Assembly (NCBI GenBank): GCA_951406725.2
Contig: OX597822.1
Span: 50,530,001-50,594,000, forward strand
Reading direction: 5' to 3'
Length of the DNA: 64,000 nt
Source: Octopus vulgaris
Taxonomy: Eukaryota
Position 1 is the stretch's first letter. The number at the start of each line of letters is the position of its first letter. The notes under the pieces are model-generated. The model did not search any database, was not told where the DNA came from, and saw nothing but the letters and a program-made list of their open reading frames with translations. Made by a program: the position numbers and the translations under genes. Of this stretch, positions 12,316-27,590 are shown one piece after another.

Positions 12316-12722
12316 CTTACTTCAATCATCAGCTTGCGGCAGTTTTGAGGCACTATCTCAGAGAATTTCTGAGTGGAATGAATCGAACTCAGGACTTGGT
12401 ACCTATTCTATCCACATTTTATGGCAAACCACTCAGTTATGTGGACGTAAACACATCAGCACGGGTTTTCCAGCGGTGGGGTGAGAGTAACACTCACACA
12501 CACACACTTGCACGCGCACGCGCACACACACACACGCACACACGCACACACACACACACATCTACAGGATGGGCTTTTTTCAGAATCTCTCTACCAATTC
12601 CACAGACGAAGATTTTGCCAGCCCTAATCTATAGTATAAGACACTTGCCCAAGTTGCTCGAAGTGGGACTGAATTTTGATTCATGTGGTTGGGAAGCCAG
12701 TTTCTTACCACTCGTCCACACC
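12316..12722 (-). mobile_element. SINE family A, old diverged copy
   Basis: GGACGTAAACACATCAGCA, AGACACTTGCCCAAG and AGTGGGACTGAA blocks are retained. Confidence 0.8.
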
Positions 12723-15700
12723 GTTAGTAGGCAATTTTCACAATAAAATGCCTTTATTTCATGTTAGACCATGTTTCTCCCGACTGAGGGGTCTCTCGTT
12801 CAGGACGCATTTCTGCATTATTTATAGCAATTTATAATGCCACGATAAACGATGTGTTTTATTTTTCCATTTCGTGTAGAGACTTTCCTTTCTTCCTAAT
12901 TTTCACCATCCAACATAAAGAGCTCTTCAAGTTGTCAACGGGCAACTGAAAATATTTGTCCTTGCGATCAGTTTATGCCTTTCGACTCTGTCACACTAAA
13001 GAAATTCCTTACACATGTACATAACCACACACTGACAAACATGCAAACATGCACATACTCAGACATATACAAACACGCACACACTCAGAGTTAGAGTGCG
13101 GTATATATATATATATATAGAGAGAGAGGGGGAAGTTAAGAAGGAAAAAGTGCGTAAAGAAAGACAGTTTAACGGACACACAGGTAATAATGACCCGAAG
13201 AAAGTGGCTCCTAAACATTCGATACTGATGATCTAGAAATTGCGTTATTTCTGGTAGCAATTTCCTAGTTTGTATACAATTCCACGCATATGCTTGTGTT
13301 AGTGCATGTGTAATTTTTTATATAATTATTTCATTAATTTTAATCAATTAAAAATATTTTAAATTCTCTGTCGTTCTTTTTTAAAAATAAATTGTTGAAT
13401 TTAGTATGTATATCATCTCTCAAATATTGCACTTGTATTTCACGCAACATACGTTCATCAAATCTTCAAATATATTTCCTTTCCAACCCCAATTTATGAA
13501 TTTGTAATTTGCATCTCCGTTTCTTCCTTTAGACTACCTTGGTGTTATTTTGTTTTGTTTTTTACAACAAACATGTTCGTGACGTGTTAAATCTTTTTCA
13601 TCAGAAAATATTAATTTCCACGGTAGTTTAAATGATGACTCCAAAAAATTTAAACAAAACAATCATTTTGTACTAATTACTGCGTTTTTCCCTCAAATTA
13701 ATATAATATTAAAACAAGCGTAATCATCTTCTTAATTACTACTGTAATTTTCAAAATTGCTTTTTTGATTCAAGAGTTTTCAGAAGAATATTTTATGTCA
13801 TATTTATTTTTATTGGAATCAAATCATGTTCTGAATGTAATTTCATTTCTTTTTTTGGAGAACTTTCGTCAAAATTACATGAAACTTTACGAATATGTAC
13901 CATTACTGAAACTTGGGAGAACATTTATTTTTATTCTTTGCAATAAATGATAATAGTACTCCATTTAATCATATTTTATTTCTAATTATTACGTAAAATG
14001 TAATTAGTCACAATTTTAAAATCAACTTCGTTTTTTGTTTCGGTTATCGTAGACCAACGAGTATTCAAGTTGAAATTACTCTTATGGTTGTATAGGTTTG
14101 CTATATTTTGTTTTAAAGAGGATAAGAGTGGGGGAAATAAACAAAGGAAATAAATAAGATTTTGCAATGAATAACGCGAAACAATTCTAAGGATTGTAGT
14201 ACAATGAAATGCACATTACTGGTCATTCTAAATTGTACTGAATTTTGGATAGTTTATTCTTGAAATTAATTCTGTTCTTTAACATCCTAGTAAGACTTCA
14301 AGAGCATATAATTGTATCCCTTATAAAAAATATGTGGAATTATTTTCGCCTAAGAGTAAATACATTTGCCGCTACGCACTCAAAATGCCATCCATCTATC
14401 TGGTATTGTTTCTCACTTGAGATCAGATCGTTTGGAATCGTCAGTGTATTTTTTTATTCGTAGTGTATCTTGTGATTTCGGTTTTTACTAATGCATGGCT
14501 TTAGTTCATAGAGTTGACAAGAAGGAACTCTGATAATAACCTAGAATGTTTACATATAAGTTATCCTCTTCTTGCGCATTTAAGTTTTGAAACATTAATC
14601 GATATACTTTTAACAGAGCAACGAAAATATTAATCTAGTAAAGGAATAGTAACATATCTAAGATAATGAATGAAATCATGTTTCCGCGGACACCAAATAC
14701 TCAACCACATTCAAAATATTTTGAAGAAATTGAATTTCTATAATGGTTCGTTCAACAATATATATCAAGGACATTTTCATTTCTAAGAGCGTTTCATTTA
14801 ATATAACGAGAATATTCAACTGAACCTTATAAATAATTCTACACTAAAATTCTTATGACTTACTCAGATTTAATTTACTTGCACTTTATTTGTATTTCGT
14901 ATCTTGCCAAAAAGGGATACATATGTATTTTGCATACATGCATTTTTCATAATCCTTTTCTGTATCATAAATTTTACGCGTATATTTATACTTTGTGTTT
15001 GTGTCTTATGCTACTCTTTCTCCATTCATGTTGAACTAATATACATATCCAGCAGTTTTATGGCTGCGAGTTTCACGCAGAACGATATATCATTTGTAAA
15101 TATTTATACCTGACAGTAATGTATTAGCATTTTAGGTGCTTTTAGTTCCTTGCATAATATTTTTGAATATTTTCAATAATCTCCAAAACTGCCCGAGAAT
15201 TCAGATTCCATGAAATTGAGATTTTCATTCCAGATGAACTATGTTCATATGTTTTTAATAATGAATGTTAATATACTTCAGTGTGGTCTCGAGGAAAGTT
15301 TAAAGTTGTTTTGTTTTTTTTTTTAATTTGCAGATGCGCTAGTCTATTGAATGCAAAGACGAAAGGCAATTAAATTGAAAATAAAGCTCTGTATATTGCA
15401 AGGAATTAACGAGGATTTTATGTTAGTGGTATGTATTATAACAACTTTAATATCCGAAGATAGTTTTATGTAGATTCGTGCGCGATGAAGGTTAGTAATC
15501 GCATCATCGATGTGTGGTTTCCCAGTGTGGTTTCCCAATATTAATACTGTATAAAACAGATAGCGATGTACCTATTTGATTATATGCAGCCATATTTTCT
15601 GTCTTCGGTGTCGTACTATTTTTTGGTATCTAACATACAGCATTATAAAACCTCCCATGCAACTACTGTTGCAAATATACTTTTAAAAGTAAATAACACT

Positions 15701-16819
15701 GGTAAACTACTATGAAAATGCTGCACTTGGGGTATTTCTGTGCGAAGAGTATACATATATAAAGGAACTCAACATATGAAAAAGTCAACAAACTGCATCA
15801 GTTGACTAAATTGAAATAAAATTGCGAAAGAGGGATATGACGCATTTCGTGAAATTTTCACATATTGATGTAGAATAATTCTGTAGGTATAGTTACTTTA
15901 GATATGAAACCATTTTAAAGATAATGAATGTTTTTTTTTTAATAATAAAGCGGCATTTGTGTTGTCCATCAATAAGTAGATTTTACTTTATCATTCCATC
16001 AACAACCGGCAAGTATATGTTTATGAATAACTCTCGAATACCAATGAACACGGATTTTGTCAATATGATTTATTCCTGAAATTATTATAAATGAATGGGA
16101 GATTTTGTGGCACTTCATGCTTTTGATCACATAAAGCAATATACTGGTGTTATTACAAAATTCTGTCATATTTGTGATTCCAGATTCAGGTGTACCTAAT
16201 TCTGCATTTCAATACTCAGTTTTGAACTGCTAAATTTGATAAATATATTAATTTCACCATAGTGGTTTGCCCAAAATTGTAGTTATTCCATGGTTGATCT
16301 ACAGTGGCTCATTACTCATGGAATGTAGTATCAACTCGTCAAATATAATAGATGGGACGGCGAGGACATAGTGTGTGCAGTAAAGTATAATATGAGTCCT
16401 GCGCTAAGAAGTTAACTATTGGTGTTCAGTATCAAACCGCAAAAAACAAATGAGAAATAATGTGTCTCTTTAAAACCTCGTGGTGGTACATTGGGTATTG
16501 TATTTGCTACCCTTGACAATATCATCAAAAGGTAATATTGAATTAAATTTCTTTACGCGAGGTTTTTTAGACACTCATAATTTTATCACAGTGTAGCTGT
16601 TGCTCCAAATTGCATAAGAAATGCAACATCAACCACAATATGCTACATCAGTAAAATGCTAGCAACAAAAAAGATGAACTTCTTAAGAAGCAAAACATGC
16701 AAATGGCAACCCGAAGAATTGGAATACTGTGCCAGTATTGACGTCACTGTGCTTACAAATTTGTATGTTTCCACACAGAGATCGTTTTAACTACCATACA
16801 TATGTTTAATGGTCAAATG

Positions 16820-17294
16820 TAATCGCAACGTATTCCAAACAATTCCTACCCCAACCCCCAGCCGAACCCACACCCCACCTGTGCTTTCCCCACTCTCGCC
16901 TCCCCAACCTCCCCACAACAACACACCACAGTACACTACACCATACAACATTACACATCACATCACAGCACATCACCCACACATCCATCGCCACATCCCC
17001 ACACCCACACATACATATACACACACGTCCAGACCACCAGCCCTCTTTCACACGCACATACATACTCTCTTATACACACACACACACGTTTGTGTTGGGG
17101 GCACCTTTGCATTGGAAGTCACTTGACCCTGTTATCTCCCCTACTCTCCCTCTCGCGTCTGACCATTGTCCGAAGTCAGGACGCTATGATAGATCGTTAG
17201 CTCCTACACGCATTTTTTTATCTCCTTGTTTCTCTCCTTGTTTTTATCTGTGTATCTTTCTGCCTTCGTCTTTTATTTTCGTAAACTTTCCCTT

Positions 17295-17297
<3 letters not shown>
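16820..17297 (+). mobile_element. PLE 3' remnant (CA-rich region plus deleted terminal repeat)
   Basis: GTCACTTGACCCTGTTATCTCCCCTA..CGCATTTTTT..CTGTGTATCTTTCTG..CTTCGTCTTTT matches 59960-60232. Confidence 0.75.
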
Positions 17298-17351
<54 letters not shown>

Positions 17352-17526
17352 GAATAATTACTATGAATCACTGTGTAGAATACATTGCATGAAAAACATG
17401 GCTAAGGCCAAAACAATGGAAAAAATGCGAGGTAAATCACAAGAAAACAAATATGTGAATTTCTGTAGACTTACCTTTTATTCAATATTTTCAAGAAATT
17501 GACGAATGTTGCCGATCTGTTATACA

Positions 17527-17563
<37 letters not shown>

Positions 17564-18198
17564 TGTAAATTAAAAATGAAAAGAATGTATGATGTATGGT
17601 AAATAAACAAATAACATAACGTATACTAAGTGTACAACCAGACTAGAGACCGACACAGAACGTCTCTCATTCTTCATCAGTTACCAACTAAATGATAATA
17701 CTGAGCTTCGCACCATTAATGATAAGACTGAGACCTTCCAATACTGGCGGTGCCAGCGAGAGTTGCGAATAATATAGGGCCGAGAGCAAACAAAACAAAA
17801 CATTACTGAGCAGACATACGAAAGAGAATAAATATGATTTAGGACAATGGACAGAGACGACATAAATAAGGAAGGAGCAAAATATAGACACAGGGCCAAA
17901 AATACAAGAATGATGGGTTACGCTTAAAAGATATCCTAAAGGCTAGACAGCAGTGAGACAGAGAATTTGCGACCAGTCAGCCACGCGACCGGGGTGAAAA
18001 GGGAAGGAAAAAAGGAAAGCTAGCCACGGGTCACGTGAAAGCAGGAGGAAGAGTGGAAAGAAAGCAAGAGAGGGGGAAAAAGTGAGCGATAGAGAGAAGA
18101 CAGGGGAAGGGTGCAGGGGTAAAAAGGAGACAGGCTAGGAATGCAAGAGGGCGAGAGAGAGAGAAAAAGGAGAAAATGGAATGGCTTGAAATAGCAGG

Positions 18199-18248
<50 letters not shown>

Positions 18249-18622
18249 AGGAGAAAGTGTGAAGTCAAGATCAAGAGCACTAGCCTCACGATTAGGAACA
18301 CTAGCTCACGATCGATTTTACATTTTCTATAGACAATGCAGTAAGAAATCATCTACAAGAATATTGTTGATCATAAATGGAATACCACCTCCGGCATTCC
18401 CTAACACGACCACTTTCATCTAGTACTAAGATATTTGAAACCTTAGAAATATCACTCACAATTAATGCCATTAAACCTCAATTATTTTCCAGATTTGTAG
18501 TGAAAACTTACGTTTCTACTGTGAATTATGTTAAAGCTGAAGCAAGTATAAAAATAATTATTCAAACTGACTTCCTTGTATATAGAATGCCTTCGGCCAT
18601 TCAGTATGGTCTCATAATGAAA

Positions 18623-18664
<42 letters not shown>

Positions 18665-19784
18665 GGCACACACACAGACACACACAGATACACACACATG
18701 TACATATATATTAGCTTCTGTGATTTGTTGTATGCGTGTGTTTTTGTGGATGTGAGTAAATATGTGAAGGTGTTTAAAAGAGCGGGAGATTGTGAGAGAG
18801 AGAGAGAGTTTATGGGTGTTTTCATTATCATAAATGATTACTTTATTTAACGTCCATTAGAAGGAAACCATTTATACCAATCAAGGAAACTGCAACAAAC
18901 TGCAAAACCGCATTGACTAATATTGAAAAACATATGTGATGGATTTACAGAGACGCCTGTCTTTGTTTTATTCTTACTGTAAACAGTTGGAATAAAAAGT
19001 TAATATATCAAAGTAGATCAATCTGAGGACATATAGCTATGCAAGATTTATTGAATTGAAAGCGGATTTCCATCCAATCTAAATACGATTATGTGGCTAC
19101 TGTAACCTTATATTCTGAGACACATTTGACAGGACTGCTGAGATTAAATGTTTAACACCATAAAACGTGCTAGAACAAAAAAAAAAAGACAAAGTGTAAT
19201 TTTAAAGCAGCAAAAATGTAAAACAGCCTGAAACCACTTTATAATGAAAATCGAAATGTATATGTTATATTATGAAAAGCGTTATTGAAATATGATATTG
19301 TATCTGTAATCCATACTCAGAATAAAGAACAACAATATAGATATTTTACTTTCGAATATATTTCCTCTTATACAGGTCTACTCAGTCCTGAATTACCATT
19401 ATCATGTAGCTCTGATTATTCAGAAGAATTATTGCAATTCTGTATACATGTGCGGTTATAGTCATATAAGCTATCTCGGGAACAAACGAAGAATCACACA
19501 AGAAAATGGCACGTAAAAAATTGTCAATCATGCATAAACACAAGCATACCAACCCCAGTACACAAATATGTAACACACACACACACACGCACACAAACAC
19601 ACACTTACATACATAGATATACGCGCGCACACACTCACACACGGATACACATATACACATATAGGTTATAGTAAACTGGAGTGGCAAGCAAATTGTAAGT
19701 ATTGACAAGGACATTTAATTAAATTTAGTTATATAGTGAAAAGTACGATGTGCGCGGGGTCAAGTAGTGTTATTTTCTGTATGT

Positions 19785-20860
19785 TATACAATTTTGTAGG
19801 TCCTGATGTTTTAGTTATATATTTTTCTGAATTTGTTTGTAATCATACTTAATTTACCTATGGCATAGGTAAATTATAAGTTATTATAAGAATTGTTTCT
19901 GTTTTTATGTTCCACATTCGAGTTACCTCTATATCAAGATCCCTGTATTTTCACTTACTCCGTTTCTTTTAGAAGTGCATTGGTACCTGCTGGTATTAAT
20001 ACACCGATTAGAAAGCATTTTCTCTTGGTGATCACTGACAACTTTATCCGGTCTATTAGCTTTGATTTCTCTATATGTATTGGCTTATCCCAGAACATGA
20101 TCGCTTTGTCATTTTCCAAAATCATTTCTGAGGTGTGCCTATACCATATTTCTTCTCTTGTCATTCCATAGTTTTGGCATATCTTCTAGTGTATATAAGT
20201 CGCAACATTTGTGTGTATGTGCATATATTCCTTCTTAATCAGGACTGGGCAGCCAGAGACATTTGGATATGTTGTTTCTTTCCCATCACCACATATTACG
20301 TAGTTACTTGTATTTTTCTTTATTATGTTTCTGGTGATTTCTGGTGGGGAGGCTTTGATCTTGTGCTGCAATTAAAAGTCTTTCAATCTCGGCTTTCAGG
20401 TATTGTTGGAATTTTACTTTGTTTCTGTTTTGTTTAGCTTATCCTAATATTTGCCACGTATGGGCTTTTCTTGCCATCGTTTAATCATATTTTGTTGAAC
20501 CAGTTTTAGTCTGGATTTCAGTTAGTTTAAAACTTGTGTTGTTTCCTCTGTTTTTTCATGGTTGTCAGGTTACTATGAATTCTTTGTTATATTTTTCAGC
20601 TTCCTTAACGACAGAAAACCGTTTATGTTTTGCTCGTGTTTGTGGCTATTTGTACCAGATTCTCTCCCATCTGAACTGCGTATTTCTGGAAGTCTGTGAT
20701 GTTTATTTTAAAATAGTTTTCTAGCTGTATAAGGCATCTACCACCTTCGATGCGTTGTATATATAAACTTTCTGTCAGATATTAAGAGGTGCATCTTAGA
20801 TACTGTCAGTATTTTTCTTGCTCTCCTGTCTAGTTTCGCTAGTTCATTTAGAGTCCAATT
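19785..20860 (-). pseudogene. R4/Dong-like LINE 3' fragment (restriction-like endonuclease)
   Basis: WYRHTSEMILENDKAIMFWDKPIH..KRKCFLIGVLIP and LDIEVTRMWNIKTETI resemble the R4-clade endonuclease region; many stops and frameshifts. Confidence 0.8.
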
Positions 20861-21506
20861 AAGAATAGTGTAGTTTATAACTTATAACTGGGACGGCTAC
20901 ATTGTGCATAGCTATAATCTTGCTGTTCGCATAGAGCGCTATCCGCTGTTGGGTGTGTTGCATTCATGCTATTATGGTATGTTGAATGAGGGCGTGGCAG
21001 AGATAGATAGTTCTTAAGACTAGTGTTAGAAACGTATGATGTTATTGTGTGAGAAGCCGCTAGTTGAAAGTGTCTAATGTAATCGGTGGCATGCTTATGG
21101 AATATCTCCATAGTTGCGGACAGATCCGAAATTCTAATTGATTAAAAAGAGATTTAAGAGAAATAATCGATTAAAAATAGATTTATAGTGATTAACATGT
21201 AATCTATATATTTTAGATATTAGTTTCGCTTATGATAAGGGTAATATAAAGAATAATTTAAATCAACGTAACGTCTATTTTATGAACTATTTTATTTGTA
21301 TTTTTCGAAGTGATATATACTTTAAAGTTTTGAAAGAGGTTATGCATGCCCCTTCTGGTTTTGTCAAAAGCTGGTTTGGTAAGGCCCACAGCCACTGAGA
21401 GAGCGTTTTCCCTATATAGAACTTCGTAGATAGCTGGAAGTACATGCCGAGTCGCAGTCGCTGGAGGAGGTAAAACCCTACAAGATATGTAACCCGTGAT
21501 AAGTTT

Positions 21507-21570
<64 letters not shown>

Positions 21571-21987
21571 CATATATAGCCCTTACTATATAAAATAGAC
21601 ATCTCTGTATGTTGAATTTTCTCGCGAAAACAGCTGCACGAATTGCTTCCATACTTAGGATGCAGGGATAATTTGACCTTCGATACTTAAAAAGCTCCTC
21701 AGTTTATTTATTTATTATTATTATTAATTAAAAATAAATATTATCAAAAATAAATTTATTAAAAATATATAAAATTGCTTTATATTTATGATTCACCTCT
21801 TTAAAAAGGTTTTTCCATGTCAACTTCCGGTCGCTTACTCTCTAATATAAATATTTTCATTAATTCGCAATTTGTAAACATCTACGATAAATTAATGAAG
21901 GTAAATCCCCGAAAGAAATGCTAAGTTCACAAATTTGCACTGTTTTCTGTCTGTTTGTCACTTTCTCTCTCTCACTCTCTCTCTCAA

Positions 21988-22037
<50 letters not shown>

Positions 22038-22689
22038 GGTTTAATTTCGTTATTACACATATATCACATTGAAATATTTCAATTCAACATGAGGTGTCCA
22101 AAAAATATGGGCATTTTTTTGCTTAAACTCGTACACTTCGTTATTTTCCGTACAATTTATTTACTTTTTGCACTCCGTGTTCAGCTCTATGTAATTGTAA
22201 CCTGTGACACACACGCACGTGTGTTTCTGTTTGTACATTTGTAGACATTTAAGTATGTGTGTGTGTGTGTGTGTGTGTGAGTGAAGAGATGTGTCGTCAT
22301 TATACGTACATATGCATACATATTTTTACTAAGTGTGTGTGCGTGTGTGTCAGAGAATCACAGAGAGAGTGATGACTAAGTGACACACACTCTCTCTCTC
22401 TCACTCGCTCTCTCTCTCTCACACACACTCTCTCTCTCACTCGCTCTCACTCTCTCTCTCACATGTACATATACATACAAAAGAAGGCGTATGCTTATTT
22501 TTATTTTTTAATGTACGTTTACATGTCAACACACCTCTTTATTCACTCTCCTCGTCTCTCTCATACACACATACGTCCATTTAAGTTGATGGTTGATAGT
22601 GTATGTATCTGTATGTGTGTTTGTGTGTGTGTGTGTATGTGTGTGTGTGTATATGTGTATGTGTGTGTGTGCTTAACTGCGTGTGTGAG

Positions 22690-23920
22690 GCGTTACCCAA
22701 TCACCAGTAAAAAGCAGAATTTTCTTTCTTGATGCTTTTGGTGGCCCAGATAAAACATTTGTAACAACATTGCTTCTCCCCAAGGTTAGGCAACAAAAAA
22801 AGAATTGCAGTAGCTGTAGCTTTGTCTGGCGTTGCTGGGACAATGCACCCAGGTTATTCTGCTTTTCAATTACCACTAAACCTGGTCACAAATGACAGTC
22901 CAATTTGAAACATAAGCAAAGATTCAGGTTCAGCAGAAGTGCTGTACCAATGCCGCCTTATCATTTGACATGAATTCCCCATGTCACATAGAGGTGCAAT
23001 GGAAGCTCTTGATAAAACCTTAGAGGACATCAAAGGCAACATTATATGAATTGGGGGAATTACATTAGTTTTATCGGGAGACTTAAGACAGACATTATCA
23101 GTCATTCCGAGACGAACAAGATCTGATGAAAGAAAAGCATGCATTAAGCATTCATACATATGGCATAAAGTGCTCAAATTCCCCTTCAATTCTAACGTTC
23201 GAGCTCTATTATATGGGTACCAATGTGCAAAACGGTTTTCAACCTGGCTCCTCATATTGGGGTATTTGGTGGTAATCGTGACATCATTTGGCTCATATTG
23301 CTATCATGGTGAATTCTCCAGCTGTATTGAAGAACAGTGTATTTCCACACTTAAGTAATGATTGTAATTCACATAAGTGGTTGTGTGAATGAAACAATCC
23401 TTGTTCCGAAAAATGAGGTTGTACCATGTATTAATCTTATTCATTAACTCATGGTTAATCCTTGCTAATGCCTCAGTCATTGAGAAGTACAAACAAAGTT
23501 CCTTAATTCGCTTGAGCCACCTGAAACTCTTCCAAATAAACTTTTCTGAAGGTAGGAGTCTTAATATTGCTTCTAAGAAATTTAGATACTCCTAAATTAT
23601 GCAAGGTTGATTTTGAAGACATTATCACCTAATGTGAAAGAATCTACGATCAATACTGGGTGTGCCTCAGGGGGAAGAAGTTTTCATTCCAAGTATTCCA
23701 ATCAAACCAACAGACATGCCATTTGCATTCAAACGGACACAATAGCCTGTGTGACTTTATCAATAAAGCTCAAGGTTAGTTTTTGAAATCTACTGGCTTG
23801 CTTTTCTCATGGTCAACTCCATATCGGTTACTCCAGGATAGGTAGTTTGCAAAACATGTTTGTCTATGATTCAAACCACAATAACACAAAGAATGTTGTT
23901 TATCAAGGAGTTCTTACTTT
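22690..23920 (+). pseudogene. Helitron PIF1-type helicase remnant
   Basis: DAFGGPDKTF (decayed Walker A), AVAVALSGVA, EFPMSHRGAMEALDKTLEDI, LSGDLRQTLSVI, LRNLDTPKLC, VFIPSIPIKPTDMPFAFKRTQ, INKAQG, FSHGQL, TKNVVYQGVL. Confidence 0.92.
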
Positions 23921-23980
23921 CCTTCAACATATGTACTAGAATTTATCTCCTTTCATAAAAGTGGTAAATATTGTATTTCG

Positions 23981-24036
<56 letters not shown>

Positions 24037-24091
24037 CATCATCATCATCATCATCATCATTATTATTATTATTTTTATCTTCCTACAGAAC

Positions 24092-24207
24092 AGGGGTAAA
24101 ATATACGTGGCCCAGTATACCCATCATGACTACTCGTCTGATAAGGGTACACCAGGTACATGCATCACAACCATATGTGTGCGACATGGTGATCTGATAT
24201 CAAGATA
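24092..24207 (-). mobile_element. Fragment of the repeat at 44237-44683, next to a (TTA)n/(TCA)n array
   Basis: GGGGTAAAATATACG..CGTCTGATAAGGGTACACCAGGTACATGCATCACAACCATATGTG is shared with 44273-44387. Confidence 0.85.
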
Positions 24208-25154
24208 TAAGCAAAGGTAAGATAAGCATTTAAAAAATGACATAAAGCCAAATATTTGTTACGACTTATATACATTATTTAACTTACAAAAAATTCATAT
24301 CTATGTATACAAGTCTCTTCAAGTCCTTGTTTCAAAATATGCACGAAGTTCCATGTAAAAGGACTACCAGGTTGCAATATATTGATTCAAAATGTTTAAG
24401 TGCGTGAGAGTTAACACAAGTAACATAGAAAAACACCAAAATTTAAATGGTTAAAATAATTAAATGAAGAAAGATGTATAACGGTAAAATGTTTTTATAT
24501 ATCTCCAATAATATTAATATAAATGTATTTAAATCGAATTGTTCACTGGCATATGTAATGATAAATAATAACAACAACAATAGCAGCAACAACAAAAACA
24601 ACAACAACAATGATAATAATAAAATATAAATATATAAATACATAAATAAATAAAGTATGAGAGTTATACTTAATAATATATAAATATATAAAGAAATAAA
24701 ACGTTATATCTTTATTTAGTTTTATATACAGATAAATCGTATATATCAATATTTAATTTATAAATATGCCTATACATTTCGAGAGAATGCTTTTCTAGCA
24801 TATCACCTATTTATTTATATGTGGTACTTTTTATATATTTATGATTACTCAAAAATATATATAAATTATGCATGTATAATATGTAACCCCTCTCATATAT
24901 ATTTTTCTTGATATAAGGTTTATTCAAAGTAACTTACAAATGCTGAGCATTATTTACGTAGTTCATCGAAGAGAGTTCTCCGTAAATTGAAATAAACCAA
25001 AAACACATAGATCTACGATAACGATAATTTATATTATTTGTTAGATAAAGATATAATGAACTATAAATAACAATTTACATATTTAAAGTCCACAATGCCT
25101 TTCAGAATTCGAACATTGCAATATACACAAAAATATATACATATTGTATATGAA

Positions 25155-25311
25155 AGGCTGAGTGGCCAGTTGCTTCCTTACAAACCACATGATTCCGGGT
25201 TCCGTCCCACTGCGCGGAACCTTGGGCAAGTGATATACCCTTGGGCCGACCAAAGCCTTTGTAGTGGATTTAGTAGAGCAAACTGAAAGAGGCCCGGCGT
25301 ATATATGTATG

Positions 25312-25351
<40 letters not shown>

Positions 25352-25555
25352 CGTGTGTGTGTGTGTGTTTGTGCGTGTGTGCGTGTCCCCACCATCGCTT
25401 TACAACCGCTGGTGGTGTGTCTACGTCCTAGTAACTTAGCAGTTCGTGTAAAGAGACCCATAGAATAACTACCAGGTGCACAAATAATAATTCTTGGGTG
25501 GATTTGTTCGACCTCATGGCCGCAGTCAAATAAGTGAAACAAATAAAAGAATAAA
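25155..25555 (+). mobile_element. SINE family A, diverged
   Basis: CCACATGATTCCGGGTTCCGTCCCACTGCG, internal TA/TG repeat, CATGGCCGCAGTCAAA tail. Confidence 0.85.
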
Positions 25556-25648
25556 CATATATATATATATATATATATATGTAGGTCCCGGGTTGAGTCG
25601 GGGTTAACCACAGTAAATAAGGTACTTAATACATGGCAGAGTAAATTA

Positions 25649-25766
25649 ATTTATTTTATAGAAGGAGCTTCTACAGGACTAGAACTGTTTCATTCAAATG
25701 AAATCATCGATGATTTCATTTGAATGAAACAGTTCTAGTCCTGTAGAAGCTCCTTCTATAAAATAA

Positions 25767-25768
<2 letters not shown>
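25649..25768. repeat. Perfect 120-bp palindrome with no spacer
   Basis: Symmetric about 25708/25709 (..AAATCATC|GATGATTT..). Confidence 0.95.
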
Positions 25769-25830
<62 letters not shown>

Positions 25831-26011
25831 CATATATATAGAGAGAGATGTGTATAAATTATTATATATATATAATAAATTACATATTCATACAGATATA
25901 CACACAAATAAACATACATAACGTTAGGTATATAGCATTAGATATAGATACACAAAACACATAGCCATACAAATATACACAATAATACATATACACATAT
26001 ACATATATACA

Positions 26012-26106
<95 letters not shown>

Positions 26107-27590
26107 TTATTAAAATTTTCTAACTGCATATTGAGAATAATATGTACAAGATAGAACGCGCTCACGCTTTTCATTAAGTAATTTCTTCTCAGAATTTAAG
26201 ATCTGCTATAATTCGTCTACTAATAGGTTACATCTGGCATCATTAATTTTGTACGATCTATCATGAATAAATATTTCTGATCAATGTTGTTCAGTTGATT
26301 AGTATCCTATAACTTCTACATGAAGTTACTCAAAATACTACTGTTAAACATATCTCTATTTCTAAAAATATATCCATTGTTTGCGATTCGTTTTTTAATA
26401 ATATTTTCTGTTGAATCTATGCAAAATAATTATATAAAATAGTATCTTGCAAAAATATATTAATATACATTTATCGTTATACATTTATCCTTATTGTGTA
26501 AGTAAAATTGCATAATTTATTAACAGTGAAACAATTGTCTGGGGTTAATCTATATTTTTGTTATTTTTCATTTGACCTGCTCGCTTACGTTCATAGTTGT
26601 GCTAAATTTTTCTTGAGAACAATTCTTAGTGGTTGGGACCATTGCGGATCTATTTTTAGCGTAAGAGCGTCCACATAGTGGATTCTCTCTCATATATGTG
26701 TATTAATATTTACTGGATCTCAGTTTTTTATGCGCTAAACCACTTGGTGTTAAATTGATGTTATTAAATTAATATCCAATTTTTTTCACCCTTATTTTTA
26801 TTATATATATATATATTTTTTATGTGTGTGTGTGTATCTATATGTACATAGTGTACACGAACATACACCCACGCGCACGTGCGTATATATATGTGTATTG
26901 CTTTTCTACCTGTGTATATCGCACATAAAACTAAAGCGATAAACTCAAATGTATTCCGGATCCTGTGAGCACGAGAAAGTAATAAGTGTCTTGATTTAAC
27001 ATATTTTTCATAGATTTTTCTATTAACACCTTGCCATATTGTCAAAATGAGAAACAGGATGTTTAACGCTATCTGGCCCCAAAATTCGAGGAAAATTGAA
27101 GTTAGTGAGATAAATAGAAAACTAAATGAACAGGGAAGAGCAAATTAAAACCAATATAGTAATCTACGGGAAAATCTTTAATATAGTAATATCTCAGTTT
27201 GAAGATATTCTACTAAATGATGTTTAGATTGTAATACATGTAGTAAACGCATTGAATATATGTAATCAAATTGAAATCAAAATATTGTATATGAAATGCA
27301 ACTGAAAATTGATTATTGATAAATACATGCCTGCATACATACATACATATATACATACATACATACATATATCTAGGCATACATACATACATTCATATGA
27401 GGATTTTAGTCGGAATTAAAATTTTTTGTTGGGTTTCATTGTCCATGTCAATAAGTTGGAAATATCCGTCTGCCAGTTACCTCCATATAAATGAGAGGAC
27501 GTTTTGGGGACATAAGGTATATCTGTATTTTAAGAAGTGTTGTATGCGAAAGAAACTTAACTTAGTAGGCTAGTATGCGATCAAATTCTA

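Noticed and set aside
13223-13251. CTGATGA-tcta-GAAA hammerhead-like motif
   Set aside because: No real stem II, mismatched stem I and non-palindromic stem III; may be chance.
15316-15430. Strong splice-acceptor-like T-tract plus TTTGCAG
   Set aside because: All three downstream frames stop within ~40 nt; no support for a coding exon.
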